Positions 1 to 13,587 are shown, counted from the first letter of the whole stretch. The stretch: DNA of 63,835 bases, filler included, from Octopus bimaculoides (GCF_001194135.2; 4 parts of 4 records of this genome joined end to end with filler, not necessarily neighbours in it), one strand, 5' to 3'. Program-made: numbers and translations. The notes: a model not told the origin generated them from the sequence alone.

Positions 1-1339
1 TATATATATATATATATATATATGCAACAGCATGGCCACAGTCCAATGACGAGAACTAATAAAAGAATAAAAAGAATGTGTTTCAGTGGGTTTGAAAGTG
101 TGTGTGTGTGTGTGCGTGCGCGCGCATGCGAGAGTTTATGTTTAGCATTGCCAATGTATATATGTGCATATGTTTATACTTGTGTTTAAGAGTACGTTTA
201 CGTATATATGTGTATATGTATGTGTGTGTTTGATTGTGTATGTAACGTATGTGTGTGTTACATTGATATTTCTATATTGTTAGACGTATCTACGTTACGT
301 GCACGTAGACTTCCAACTAAAGAGGGGTTTTTTTTTTTTGTGGAGCAGAGGGGAATAAAAATGTAGAAAAAAGTTGCTTGTGCCTCTGCAGTGTAAGGTG
401 AAGGGCAGATGATCAGAAGGTCACATGGCTGAGATAAAAATAAAGTTTACTAAAACAAAACAAAAAAAAAACAGAAAGGAAGACATAGCAAAGGAATAAA
501 TGAAAAATAGACATTTGTTGGGCCATGTGCAAATAAGCAGCCAGCCGGTTGGGAATGTATGTAGGTGTGCTTCAAATGTGCGATTGAGGCATTGCTATAT
601 GGTTGCAGTGTTAACGAAGTTAGTCGAATGTGTAGAAAGCCGGAATACCGGCTGATAGACGAGTTAATGATGATGCTTCTACGTAATCGCTCGAATTTAT
701 AGGAATAGCAGCCAAACCTTCTTGTACTTAACAGCAACCAAACCTTCTTATATTAGTTAAATACACAAATGCGTCTATCATAAAATATTCAATGCAACCA
801 CTGCAGTTAGGAGAAGCATTATACGCCCGCCGGCAAATCACTACACTGGGCCTTATAGTTTTTATTTATAGACAGCAAGGTACAGCATACAGTACATGAA
901 TCATAATTAGGCCCCTAGACCTGTGAGACACCCGGGCAACTGGCCAGTATGTCCATGCCTTAAGACTAGTTAGATGGTGTGAGCTAATAGTATAGTATAC
1001 TTTCCAGCCATAAACTTCGAGCTTCAGGTGGATTCAAAGATGTGCTGTAGTAGGGAATATACGTAGGGCGTCTTGGGCTTTCAAATATGGTGTACCCCCA
1101 TGTCACTAGAGGTCTCAACATAGAAGAAGAAGAAGAAGAAGAAGAAGAATAGTTGGTCAACCCCATTACTGGATTGTCATTTTATTTATTTATCGACTGA
1201 TAAGAAGAAAGGCAAAGTTGTTCTCGGCATGATTTGAGTTCAAACTACAAAGAGCTAGAAAAAATACTTCTAGGCATTGTACCCAACACTGTTACGACTC
1301 TGGTAATTCCAGTGAGTCATTTCACCTCAAGAACCGTAG

Positions 1340-1900
1340 ACAAGCGAACCAATGAGAGAGCCTCTACGCGTTCCTTTGAACTGGTAGATGGAACAAACAA
1401 ATCCCTTTCAACAAACAACCTTATCGTCTTGGGAAAGGGAAGGGATACATTGAATAATGTAAACTTACATGCCCTAAAATGAAGGCGCGCGGCCTAGTGG
1501 TTAGGATATTCGGCTTACGATCGTAAAGTCGTGAGTTCAATTCCCGGTGACGCGTTGTGTCCATGGGCAAGACACTTTATTTCACATTGCTGCAGTCCAC
1601 TAAGTTGGCAAAAATGAGTAGTACCTGTATTTCAAAGGACCAACCTTGTCACACTCTTTGTCACGCTAAATCTCCCAGAAAACTACGTTAAGGACACACT
1701 TGTTTGCAGATTGCTCAGCCACTTGAAGGTTAATTTCACGAGCAAGCTGTTCCGTTGATCGAATCAACTGGAACCCTCGTCGTCGAACCGACGGAGTGCC
1801 AGCACATGCCCTAAAATGATATAACGATCATGGCTGGATGGCTTTTGATCAGACTTTGATTGGTTATACACAATCATGCTTAATCTGGGGCTAAACAAGA
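1340..1900 (+). mobile_element. Old SINE-like repeat (family D) interrupted by a family A SINE
   Basis: Segments resemble 21490-21620 and 36520-37080 (GGATACATTGAATAATGTA-type block; CATGGCTGGA...GGGGCTAAACAA-type end). Boundaries approximate. Confidence 0.4.
1483..1803 (+). mobile_element. tRNA-derived SINE, family A, full length
   Basis: A-box-like GGCCTAGTGG and B-box-like GAGTTCAATTCC. Perfect 16-bp target-site duplication ACATGCCCTAAAATGA at 1467-1482 and 1804-1819. Homologous copies at 60051 and 27495. Confidence 0.92.
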
Positions 1901-3960
1901 TTTTAGCTCCAAATCAATACTTTTGAATTTAGGTTCGAATTCGGCCGTCATTACTACAAGTAGAACTGTACTCTGCTTTGGTAAAATGCAAGCCCACCTT
2001 TATGCAAGATGTACTCNNNNNNNNNNNNNNNNNNNNNNNNNNNNNNNNNNNNNNNNNNNNNNNNNNNNNNNNNNNNNNNNNNNNNNNNNNNNNNNNNNNN
2101 NNNNNNNNNNNNNNNNNNNNNNNNNNNNNNNNNNNNNNNNNNNNNNNNNNNNNNNNNNNNNNNNNNNNNNNNNNNNNNNNNNNNNNNNNNNNNNNNNNNN
2201 NNNNNNNNNNNNNNNNNNNNNNNNNNNNNNNNNNNNNNNNNNNNNNNNNNNNNNNNNNNNNNNNNNNNNNNNNNNNNNNNNNNNNNNNNNNNNNNNNNNN
2301 NNNNNNNNNNNNNNNNNNNNNNNNNNNNNNNNNNNNNNNNNNNNNNNNNNNNNNNNNNNNNNNNNNNNNNNNNNNNNNNNNNNNNNNNNNNNNNNNNNNN
2401 NNNNNNNNNNNNNNNNNNNNNNNNNNNNNNNNNNNNNNNNNNNNNNNNNNNNNNNNNNNNNNNNNNNNNNNNNNNNNNNNNNNNNNNNNNNNNNNNNNNN
2501 NNNNNNNNNNNNNNNNNNNNNNNNNNNNNNNNNNNNNNNNNNNNNNNNNNNNNNNNNNNNNNNNNNNNNNNNNNNNNNNNNNNNNNNNNNNNNNNNNNNN
2601 NNNNNNNNNNNNNNNNNNNNNNNNNNNNNNNNNNNNNNNNNNNNNNNNNNNNNNNNNNNNNNNNNNNNNNNNNNNNNNNNNNNNNNNNNNNNNNNNNNNN
2701 NNNNNNNNNNNNNNNNNNNNNNNNNNNNNNNNNNNNNNNNNNNNNNNNNNNNNNNNNNNNNNNNNNNNNNNNNNNNNNNNNNNNNNNNNNNNNNNNNNNN
2801 NNNNNNNNNNNNNNNNNNNNNNNNNNNNNNNNNNNNNNNNNNNNNNNNNNNNNNNNGTAGTGGCGAACAAAAAACAAGACAGGAAAACAAACGGAAAAGG
2901 CTATACGGCCAGACGGGAAAAATTATGTGTGTATGAACGCTATACATTAGGGTGATAGATGACAGAAACAGCATTAGACAGAATGCTTCGCAGTTTCTAG
3001 GCGCGTCCCTTATTATTTCCTTCGGCTTTCCATTTCCGGGAATGTTAAAATAGCTACTTATCATGTACCCGGGTCGTCGACTTAATTGTTTATATTTTGT
3101 CTCTCCATCAATATGTGACCTTGCGTCAATATTAGAGGTTATATATATTTTACCTTAATATATTACATTATACTTTTTACTGATGCGATGGTATTTCTTA
3201 GCTTGTTATGGTGGTTGTAGTGGTGGTGGTGATGATGGTAGGAAAAACAGTTAACAACCGAACTAAAAATACACTGCAGTATTTAGTTTCATTCTATTTT
3301 TTACAAAATTCAAATCGCATTGGGTTTTACTTGGCCTTTCGTCTCACCGAAGTTCATATAATAGATACTGTTACCACACAGGGATGATTCCTTCCAAAAA
3401 AATGGCACTGTTCTTCTGTAAGATAGTAATATTTCGACCAAACAAACTAGGAATAATATTAAGACTCCAAAAAATTATTTCTCGAACGAATCTGATCTTA
3501 AACTTACCTTCTTTGAACAAATAAATATATCATCCTTGAAGCACGTAATCGCATTCAAAGAATGATGTTTATAAGACACTTGGATATAGTAGGGGGCAGA
3601 AAGTAGAAAAGTGCTGTACTAGATCTGTTTCAGTGTTTATTTTATTTTCTACGATCCGAGTTCAGGTTCTGCTAATGCCAGCTCCAATTCATTACTCTCC
3701 AATATTTTGTCATGGATTTAATCAAATGAAATAGACTAGCATCCATGACCTTTTTGAGAGCCTCCGAAATTATTGAAGAGTTACTTTCAGACGGAAATCT
3801 AGCCCGAAGTTTTGCTACAGAATTGATTCAGCTAAAGACGTTCGAGATCCAGGTAGTGATGTTGAACTGGTTGGTGGATTAAGTTTGAACAGGAATAGTG
3901 CACGTAATTTTTGTCGACCGAATTCTTACTCACGGGGTTTGTTGAACTTGAAGCAACTAT

Positions 3961-4050
3961 TAAAGACACTTGCCCAAGGTGCCTCACAGTGTGATTGAAG
4001 TTGAAACCGCAAGATTACGAAGCGAAACTCTTAACCATACAGTCATGTCT
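3961..4050 (-). mobile_element. SINE family B-like 5' fragment, diverged
   Basis: AAGACACTTGCCCAAGGTGCC...CTTAACCATACAG matches the reverse complement of the family B head. Confidence 0.6.
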
Positions 4051-5172
4051 GTGTTCATTTTGTTGAAATAGGTTCAGTATTCTTATAAGATCAATTTACT
4101 CAGCTATGCATATTTTCAACGTGAGAAATCATTATAACATGCCATTTAGGTTTAAACATATTCGTTCATGGAAAAAAGGAGTTTTAAATTCAGAAAATAA
4201 CAATAGTTTTCAGTAACTATTCAAGTCTTTTAATACTACGGAGATGCAAAGAGTTTTGCTAAAAGTAGTGAGAATAGTTCGACAAATTGTTTCTTTAACT
4301 TGTAATTTTGATCTCGAATCAATAAGGGTCAGTCCAAAGAAAATCTGAATATTTTACATTCATGATGTGTTTAGGACAAGTCAGTTTATATTAGAAGAAC
4401 AAATTTCTGTCCGAGTTACACTCACACGAAGACTTGAACTCAGCTCTGCAGACTGAAGAAACAGCTGTCAATTTACAGTACTACGCTTCTTTCAGATCGT
4501 AGTTGTTCCTGCCAATTGCTACGGTTTTCAGATATGTTGGCACAGACATTTGAGAGATTACTTCCTTGATTATATTAATAACACAACACTAGTGATAGGA
4601 TACAAACTGAGCGGGGTTCTTGATTAGATATCAGATAGTCTCTTTGGATTCAGCTTCCCAAGCTTTCAATGAATCAAAGCTTAAAGTGTGGTTTTATGGT
4701 TAAACTGTTCGACTTCTTATTTTCCTATTCTTCAACTCGGTTGTTCTAATGCTCCATTGATAAATACTGAAAGTATAACTTCGTATGCATAAAGTGAAGC
4801 TTCAAAATGTGTAGTATTCTTTTGTAATAATTTAGTCAAGAGAGAGACAATAGCAGGATGTTTCAGAAAGGTGATATTGATGTGTTCAATGATCAAACTG
4901 AACGTCTATAGTTCAATACAGTGGGTAAGATCCTCGTTCTATCAACACGCTGTGTGTTGACGGAATAGGGTATCTGGTCTGAATGCTTTCATCTCTACAA
5001 AAGGTATCCAAGGACTAAGTGGTGATGTTGATAGTCATTAGACGCCTTTTGTAGAGGCTAACTAAAGTGGTGAAGTTTAGTAGTGGTCGAAGGTTAGTAG
5101 TGATCGAAGATACTCCAGTCTTGACCATCCTCACCAAGTATCGTCTGATCTCAGCAGGTTGAAAAGCACATA

Positions 5173-5221
<49 letters not shown>

Positions 5222-6559
5222 GCCTCTATCTATCTATTTATCTATCTATCTCTATCTATCTTTCTTTTTTTTCTCTCTTTCGTTTTTATGGTGTCCTTCC
5301 ACATTCACTGTATTTTCTCTTTGTCTAATTCTTGATATTATCCGTCCACGTTTTCTAATTAACCTTGAACAATTTTTCTCTTCTATTAACAGTCTCTATA
5401 AACCATTTTTTTCTAATTAAGTTTTTACTTCTTTTTTTTTTTTTGTATGTATGTGGTATCCAATATATTTTTTATTTTTTTTTGTCTAGCCATTTTTAAT
5501 ATTTCACTATTAGTTTTGTGTTCTGTCTGCTAATCCATTTGCTTATACATTTGTTAAATGTCCACGTTCCACTTCCATGTAACAGGGTGGGTTATGCATA
5601 GTATTTTAATACTTTCCTTTTGCTTTCAAGCTTCATGTTTCTCGATGTTAATACGTTTCACATATTTTTTTCAAATGGCTTTCTTACCGTCTCAGTTCTC
5701 ATTTTGATTTCTACTTCATATTACACGTCTTCTGATTGCATATATCCCTGGTACATTATCTTTCACGTATTGTCGGACCATTACCATCCACGACCATCCC
5801 ATTTATATTTTCGTATTAAGCCTACCACCTAATAGCATGCTGTGTGAGAGTAGATGTGAGCATACTGGAGAGTTTGTTTTATAATGTGTATGTGTTTAAA
5901 GACTTCTGCAGTAACCCTTAAAAAGTCTTTTTCAGCTAGTAGGTCAAAAGCAAAAGTCATTGTCTTTCGGATGATTAACTACAGCCGGAAAACATAGGTA
6001 CTTACTTAGAAGCTAGGGAATCGAACTTTTAATGCTTACAAGATGCTTGCCATCACAGTACAGTGTTTGCTCATCGTGTATTCATGATTAGAACTATTTG
6101 TCTATCTCACTGGAAATTGGCTTCTAACTGAACTGCCTCTCACCGACAGAGAACGTCTCTTGTCCATCTGAATTACAGACATTACGTTATAAATTGCTTT
6201 GTATAGCCAAGCTTACTACTACTACTGATGATGATGATGAGGAGGAGGAGGAGGAGGAAGAGGAGGGGGAGGAGNNNNNNNNNNNNNNNNNNNNNNNNNN
6301 NNNNNNNNNNNNNNNNNNNNNNNNNNNNNNNNNNNNNNNNNNNNNNNNNNNNNNNNNNNNNNNNNNNNNNNNNNNNNNNNNNNNNNNNNNNNNNNNNNNN
6401 NNNNNNNNNNNNNNNNNNNNNNNNNNNNNNNNNNNNNNNNNNNNNNNNNNNNNNNNNNNNNNNNNNNNNNNNNNNNNNNNNNNNNNNNNNNNNNNNNNNN
6501 NNNNNNNNNNNNNNNNNNNNNNNNNNNNNNNNNNNNNNNNATCCGTACACATACATTAC

Positions 6560-6730
6560 ATGTATATTCGACAGGCTTCCGCACAGTTTCCGCCGACCAA
6601 ATTCCATTTACAAAATATTTGTCAACCTGAGGCTATAGTAGAAGACACTCGCACATTAGGCCTTACAATGGGCCCGAACTTGCAACTATGCGATTGTAAA
6701 GCAAACTTTTTAAACACACAACCATACTGG
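6560..6730 (-). mobile_element. SINE family B 5' half, diverged
   Basis: GAGGCTATAGTAGAAGACAC block shared with the other B copies. Confidence 0.65.
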
Positions 6731-6762
6731 ATGAAATCAAATCCAGTGCTAGATTGTTTTGT

Positions 6763-7300
6763 CTTTTTTTTTTGTTTTTATTGAAAGACCCCCAAAAGGC
6801 GAAAAGTTACATAGCATAAGGAACTACGAAGAAGGGGAAATTAGCACGAGAGGAATGGACTTACTTTAGACTTGAAAAAGATCATGTCATATGAAGGAGG
6901 AAAACAATGAGATGGAAGAGTTCCAAAGTTTGACAGTTCGAGGGAAAAAGCTATAACGTAGGAAGACTTCTTTATTTTTGGCAACACAATAACATTTAGA
7001 TGGAGACGCTGTGAGTTTCGAATCAGGTGAGATGGTACAAAGTGGCCTGGAACTAAGAGAGAAAGTTCGTCAGAGCACTTTCTGCGGTAATAACGATAGA
7101 AAAGACAAAGACTGGCGACATCATGTTGCTGTGACAAGGGTTGCAGAGTTATTTATTCCTAGAACAAAGCACTTTAGCTTAATGAGTCTTTGTTCACTTA
7201 AGCTTTTAGGAATAAGATCCAAAACTTTCGGAAATAGTCAACGACGGCTGGTCAGCAATCGATAAGTCACCTTTGATTACGTAAGATCAAAATCAAGTTA
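6763..7300 (-). mobile_element. LINE (CR1/L2-group) ORF2 C-terminus and 3' UTR, frameshifted remnant
   Basis: Minus-strand peptide LQPLSQQHDVASLCLFYRYYRRKCSDELSLLVP...(frameshift)FFPRTVKLWNSLPSHCFPPSYDMIFFKSKV is typical of CR1/L2-group RT ends. A-rich tail at 6763-6783. Confidence 0.85.
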
Positions 7301-7904
7301 CTGTTATAAGAAATTTATTTATTGACTGTTAAACCACTATCGTTAGAGGTGATCTTCGAATGATACTTTTCCGAATCACTAACTTATTAGCAAGTGCTTA
7401 ACTTCAGATTCCTGTGGCGTTTAGTTGATGCAATGTGTGGGGGGGGGCGTGCAATCGAGAAAACAAAGTCACCTTCACATGGTCAGTTGTATGATACAAT
7501 CCAAGATACACTGTGCTTCTGTTATACAGTAAGACGCATGGTCGTTGCTCGAAGGCTTTCCTCAAAGATCTGCTCGAGCAGGACTGACTTTCAGCAAAAT
7601 AATACTCACAATAAATACTTCTAATCAACGAGGAATCATCTATGTCAGTTATTCTCGATTTCATCTCCCAAGTAATCAATCCGTTTCGTGTATTTCGTCA
7701 ATTACTGCCTTACAAAAAATATGCACTACGTAATCTCTCTACATAAAAGCCTGTCTGTGTCACTGCCAAAACGCTATCATTTAGATAACATGTTAGCGCA
7801 GATGTGTGTGTATGTACGTGCGTGCGCGCACATGTATGTGTATACATACACACAAACTTACGCACATACATTTACATATGTTTGTATGTTTATATATATA
7901 TATA

Positions 7905-7992
7905 TGGATGGATGGATGGATGGATGGATGGATGGATGGATGGATGGATGGATGGATGGATGGATATACATAGGTGGATGAATGAATGGATG
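7905..7992. repeat. (GGAT)n microsatellite, representative of dozens of simple repeats (TA, CA, GA, TAC, CAT, ATGT, GATA) in the window
   Basis: Read directly from the sequence. Confidence 0.95.
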
Positions 7993-9860
7993 GTTGACAT
8001 ATTAATACATGTATGTTTGTGTATAATTGTATCCGGACTTCCCTTATGATAAATAGATACGTAAATGACGTTCATGAAAACATGTGCATACCGCTAGTAA
8101 GGTGAAGTTCCATTATCGTGGTGACACGATAAAAGCTTCCGGTCCTACTCCATAGTAAAACAGTTTTTGTGAACATGAGTATATGTTTCATGTATGTTTG
8201 TATGTGTGTATGTATCAATAAGCGTGTATGTACATACGTGAGCGCGCGTATGAGTGAGTTTGTGTATATTATATACAAATACATAGCTCAGATGTCTTGT
8301 TCATATTTGCATGACGCTCGTGTTTGTGCCTGTGTAAATATAATTCCTTGTATGTATGTATGTATGTATGTATGTATGTATGTATGTATGTACGTATGTA
8401 TGTATGCATGCATGTGTGTATGTATGTATGCATGTATGTATGTTTGTATGCATGTATGTATACACACATACACACACGCACACACGTGTTTGTGTGTTTT
8501 CAAACTTTGATTATTAGATGTCAGGATGCACTTTTAATTTCTCATTAAATTGTTTCAAGCTGATGGTACAAGGGACATGTGATGAAGTCGTAAAGTAATT
8601 AGTACACTCTAAAAATGTACTAATTGCAAAAAAAGTCATTCTCACATGCATGCGCATACTCTCATATGCCAACACTAACACACCAACACACAAGCACACA
8701 AAAGTACTACTAATGTATTTACAACATTTTCTTTGATTTATTAGATATCAAATTAGCTGTAGTTTTTGATTTGCTCCAGACCAACTTGGATTAAGTAGAA
8801 ATATCATGAAAGACCATTTCAACCGGACCAGTCTGTCTCTCGCTTTTTTCTTTCCTTCATCGCTTTTCTTTTTTTTTTTTTTTTTTTTTTTTTTGAGACT
8901 GTATATCTAAAGCTACATTATATAATAATTGCTTATTTGAAACGGTTTACCTGCTATTTCTTCTTAACTGAGAAAGAACGCCGAGAATCTTTTGCTTATG
9001 TAATCATTGCATAGTCAAACCCTACGTTGTAAACATACATAACAAGCCCAAATGTTATTAAAATATTGCCAAAAATCATAAACTCCTTTAATATAAGTGT
9101 TTATTAGAATATTCGAAGTTATGAACAGGTTGTTCATAACAATTATACACATAAGCTAAAGCAATCTTCATCCGAGAGACACGCTATCTGTAGGAGCCTC
9201 AAAACAATTGAAAAGCGTGTCTCTGTTTTCAATTTTCGCGAAATGTGTAATCTTTTAGCAATGGGCCTCCGAGCTTTATATAGCTTGGGGTTTCACCATG
9301 TCTAAATGCGGCACTATGAACACTATATGAATTATTTACATCTTTCAAATGTGAATTAACTCATGCAACAGTGAAAAGCCTATTTCTGTACCATACATAG
9401 CCATATAAATATATGCTTGCTGTGTCATACCATTGTCATCGATCTTTCATGGCGTTCCATCTTCCCCTAACTTCACTGTCTACGTTCAGCTCAACCCACA
9501 TCTGCAAGCATATTGTTACATCATCACATCTCACAATGTATTTCTTGTTAAATAAACGTAACAGATTTCTTCCTCGTTACTCAGTAGCAAAATAGACAGC
9601 AGAATGTGTAAGAGGATCGTGTTTATCATATAATATTCAGTAATGAAATGCTTAGTAGCATGACGACAACCGAATAACAGAGCAAAGAATTTGATACTCT
9701 TAACGTATTTTTGCGACAGAAGAATATTTATGGCAGCAAGTTGGCAGTGTTGTAATATTCTTTTCAGCACACCTTAAGCTCAAATCTCGCATGGGCCAAC
9801 TTCTGCCTCTAAGACCTTTCGGGGTTCAAAATAAAATACCAGTCTAGTACTGAGCTGAAT

Positions 9861-9893
<33 letters not shown>

Positions 9894-10304
9894 AACTCTC
9901 TCTAGTGTCTTTCTCTCTCACACATTCTGGAAGAAATTGGCTACGATCATTCCAGTAGTGGGATTGGCTACGGCCAGAGTCAGATGCTCTCGACGCAATA
10001 TGTCACGAAGGTACCCTTACGATACCATCAAATGTTGAGGGCTCAAGACAAGATAAGGCATTTATATTTAATTCACGGATGTATGGTTAAAAATTTCGCT
10101 TTCAAACCACGTGGATCCGACTTCGATCCCACTGCATAATAATTTGAGCAAGTATCTTCTACTCTCATCTCGGGTTGATCAAAATTAAATGAATTTGCTT
10201 GACAGAAAGTCTGTCAACGCCCGTCGTGCTTGTGTGCGCGCGTGCGTGCGTGTATGTTTCTATGTTGATGTTTACGTCAACCTGGACACGGACACGGATA
10301 CACA

Positions 10305-10348
<44 letters not shown>

Positions 10349-10762
10349 ACCAATGCCGTATCAAAAGCTAACTTAGCCCTATTCAATGAATATAGATCTA
10401 TGAAATAGGCACCTGGCTGAGATAAGTACTGGAGTTAAGATGATCGACCAAATTATTTGAGAGCGGTACTCTAGCAGGACAGCAATCCAATTACCCAAGT
10501 AAAGAAGTAAGGGGATATATGTGATATTCACAATTGTTTTTGCACTAGTATGGTCTTGATATGAGACTTATAGTTTCCCATTGGCTTATAACAAAGCCAG
10601 TATTCTAACTGACAACAATGATCTAATAATGATGACTCTAATAGCCATTGCTATGGATTAAAAGTTTGCATAGAAAAAGAACAGCGAAATGCATTGTCAT
10701 TCCCTACGTTTTTTGTTTCAGTATATCGTCTATAGACATATAAGCTCAATATGGTTTGATGG

Positions 10763-10805
<43 letters not shown>

Positions 10806-10980
10806 ATAAATATTACATTATACGCTCGCAAATGTATGTGTGTATGTATGCATGCATGAATGAATGCATGCATGAATGAATGAATGAATGAATGAGTCAA
10901 TCACTAAACCTATATAGCCGACTTACAAACATGGCGAATTTAACCATTTCTACGTGGATTCACAAAAAAGGTTATGAACA

Positions 10981-11220
10981 GGCGCAGGCGTGGCTGTGTG
11001 GTAAGCTTGCTTCCCAACCACATGGTTTGGGGTTCAGTTTCACTGCGTGGCACTTTGGGCAAGTATCTTTTACTATAGCATCAAGCCGACCAAAGTCTTG
11101 AGTGGAAGATGGAAACTGAAAGAAGCCTGTCGTATATGTGTGTGTATGTATGTGTGTGTGTGTGTGTGTCTGTGTTTGTCCTTCTACCATCGCTTGACAA
11201 CCGATCTTAGTCTGTTTACT
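10981..11220 (+). mobile_element. SINE family B, 3'-truncated
   Basis: GGCGCAGGCGTGGCTGTGTGGTAAG head, GGTTCAGT B-box-like motif, internal (GT)n. Confidence 0.88.
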
Positions 11221-11872
11221 GAAACAAGTAAAATAGTTGTAATAGATTACCGAATTTTATTAGATTCTCATTAAACGTGTCTGCATCTCTTAACCAATCC
11301 CAGGGAAATAAGTAGCCAATCTGCTTATAAAGACAACAAATCCAGTCGCTTCAGAGAACTGAGGCTACTCATTTGCAAACTTTTATTATTTGATATCAGT
11401 GGTCTGTCAACGGTTCACATTGTATCAAAGTATGATATATGTATGTCTACGTAGTAATCACACAAATATAGCAAATTTAACTGTCTCCGTATGTTGAAAA
11501 AAATGATGGAACTGTCTTAATCGGTTTTCGCATCTTTTACACACACACATACACACACACACACACACACATACGTGTATATACATACGTGTGTGTGTTT
11601 GCATATATATATATATATANNNNNNNNNNNNNNNNNNNNNNNNNNNNNNNNNNNNNNNNNNNNNNNNCACACACAAACACACAGAGGCAACTTAACATCG
11701 TATGTAGATTGTAATATATCTATATCTATTTCTCCATATATAAATGTGTGTGTGTGTGTGTGTAAGTCGTCTAAGAGCTCATAAGTCAGGAAAATATGCA
11801 CTCGTATATCGGTCAATAGAGCCGGTGTACTATCCGAAGTGTACAGTATTATATATCCATTACAGCCGATCG

Positions 11873-11947
11873 TACCAAACGGTTTCGCGCTAGAGATTCA
11901 ACAGAGCGTTACGTAACAATCCTATTATGTAACCCTGCACTCATCAG
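11873..11947 (-). ncRNA. Hammerhead-ribozyme-like motif (left arm of foldback)
   Basis: CUGAUGA - stem II GUGC/GCGC - GAAA - stem III ACC/GGU - A (GUA triplet). Stem I pairing is poor. Confidence 0.35.
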
Positions 11948-11976
11948 AGGTAGCCGTCATTCCATAACGGCTACCT

Positions 11977-12051
11977 CTGGTGAGCGTAAGGTTACATAAT
12001 CGGATTGTTACGTAACGCTCCGTTGAATCCCTAATGCGAAACCGATTGGTA
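11977..12051 (+). ncRNA. Hammerhead-ribozyme-like motif (right arm of foldback), A6G variant
   Basis: CUGGUGA - stem II GCGU/AUGC - GAAA - stem III ACC/GGU - A. Stem I has only 2 bp next to the core. Confidence 0.3.
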
Positions 12052-12515
12052 AGATCGGCTGTAAAGGATATATAATATTGTACACTTCAGACGATATGTA
12101 TGTGTGAGTGTGTGTGTGTGTATGTGCGTGTGTGCGTGTACGAGGTGTATGTATACAGTGTATGTCTATACACTTTTACTCACAAGCTGTGGTTCGACCC
12201 TAGTCTATAGAAAGTTATTATATCTGCTCAAGATACAACACAGTGAAATCGAACCTGAGACCTCGTGGTTACAAAGCGAATTGTCACCAATACCGCGGAT
12301 GAAAGTAAGTTGAGAGAAACTGCATAGAAGTCTGTCGGATTGATAGTACTTGTATTTCGAAGGTACAGCCTTGTTGCACTCTGTGTCACACTTATTCTGT
12401 CAGAGAATTACGTTAAGGGCACGTATGTCCCTGGAATATTCATCCACTTCGTTTATAATTCAGGTGATTGAATAACTGAAAACACTTCTCGAAACAAACG
12501 GAGATCCATCCATGC

Positions 12516-12594
<79 letters not shown>

Positions 12595-12963
12595 GTTAAG
12601 ATTGTTAATATAAATGATACATATGTTTTGTGATTTAAAAAATAAACACAGATGGTTTGATTTTACTTTTCGATCTGATCTTGGTATTTACAATGGTATA
12701 GAGTATCACAATGAAAATATAATTAAAATAGCATATGTGTATATGTATACCTCCTTTTCACTGCTCACTGGTTGAAGTTCCAGAATTGAAGCTTCGTCTT
12801 CAAGTGTAAATCGACACCGACTTCATAAACATAAAATTGATTGTCTTTTTCTTAACCTTTCAAACTTTCAGATTTAAAACCGTGGTTTTGTATTACTGTC
12901 GAAAGCATTCCTACTACATTGAGCCAATCAAATTTTCAAGCCAATGCGATTTAATCTTTCATT

Positions 12964-13155
12964 GTTTTACTTAATGAACTGTGGTCATGCTGGGGCACAG
13001 TCTTGAAGAGTTTTAGTCGAACAAATCGACTCCAATACCTATCTAATAAGTCTGATACTTATTCTATCGGATTCTTTTGTCAAACCGCTAGGTTACAGTA
13101 ACGCAAACAAATTATAACACATTGTCAAGTGGTGGGAAGCTAGACGTAAAACACA

Positions 13156-13199
<44 letters not shown>

Positions 13200-13448
13200 C
13201 TCGCTAGACCACTGGTGGTAAATAAAATTTCTAAAAAATTTTTTTTGCTACCCTATAATTTATTAATAATGATAAAATTCTTTTTGGATGATTTTCTGAA
13301 GGAATTTCGGCATTTTTGCATTTTTGTATTTGCTGCCGATCAGGTAAACCGCAAATACGCGGTATATTTTGAAAAATTAGACATAGGAACACGAGCCATA
13401 CTGCGTGTTGGCTCGTGCTTCATATGTTGTNNNNNNNNNNAAAACACA

Positions 13449-13492
<44 letters not shown>

Positions 13493-13550
13493 CTCGCTAG
13501 ACCACTGGTGGTAAATAAAATTTCTAAAAAATTTTTTTTGCTACCCTATA

Positions 13551-13587
<37 letters not shown>

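Larger units (their letters stand above)
11833..12091. repeat. 259-bp foldback: two 125-bp ungapped inverted arms around a 9-nt loop; probably Penelope terminal-repeat-derived or a MITE
   Basis: Manual alignment of 11833-11957 with the reverse complement of 11967-12091 gives 111/125 identities; loop CATTCCATA at 11958-11966. Confidence 0.92.

Noticed and set aside
1483-1555. tRNA-like A and B boxes (also 21149, 27495, 60051)
   Set aside because: These are SINE heads continuing into SINE bodies with target-site duplications; no complete cloverleaf.
4775-4791. ATAACTTCGTAT-GCATA, resembling the left arm and spacer start of loxP
   Set aside because: Only 12 nt match exactly, one base is missing and there is no right arm; expected by chance, and no vector context.
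9175-9230. 11-bp inverted repeat AGAGACACGCT/AGCGTGTCTCT
   Set aside because: The intervening sequence does not pair, so it is too short for a pre-miRNA; plausible by chance.
13441-13555. Exact duplicate of 13149-13262 (similarly 20248-20315 versus 20122-20193)
   Set aside because: Each duplicate flanks a short N gap, which is typical of unmerged contig overlaps.
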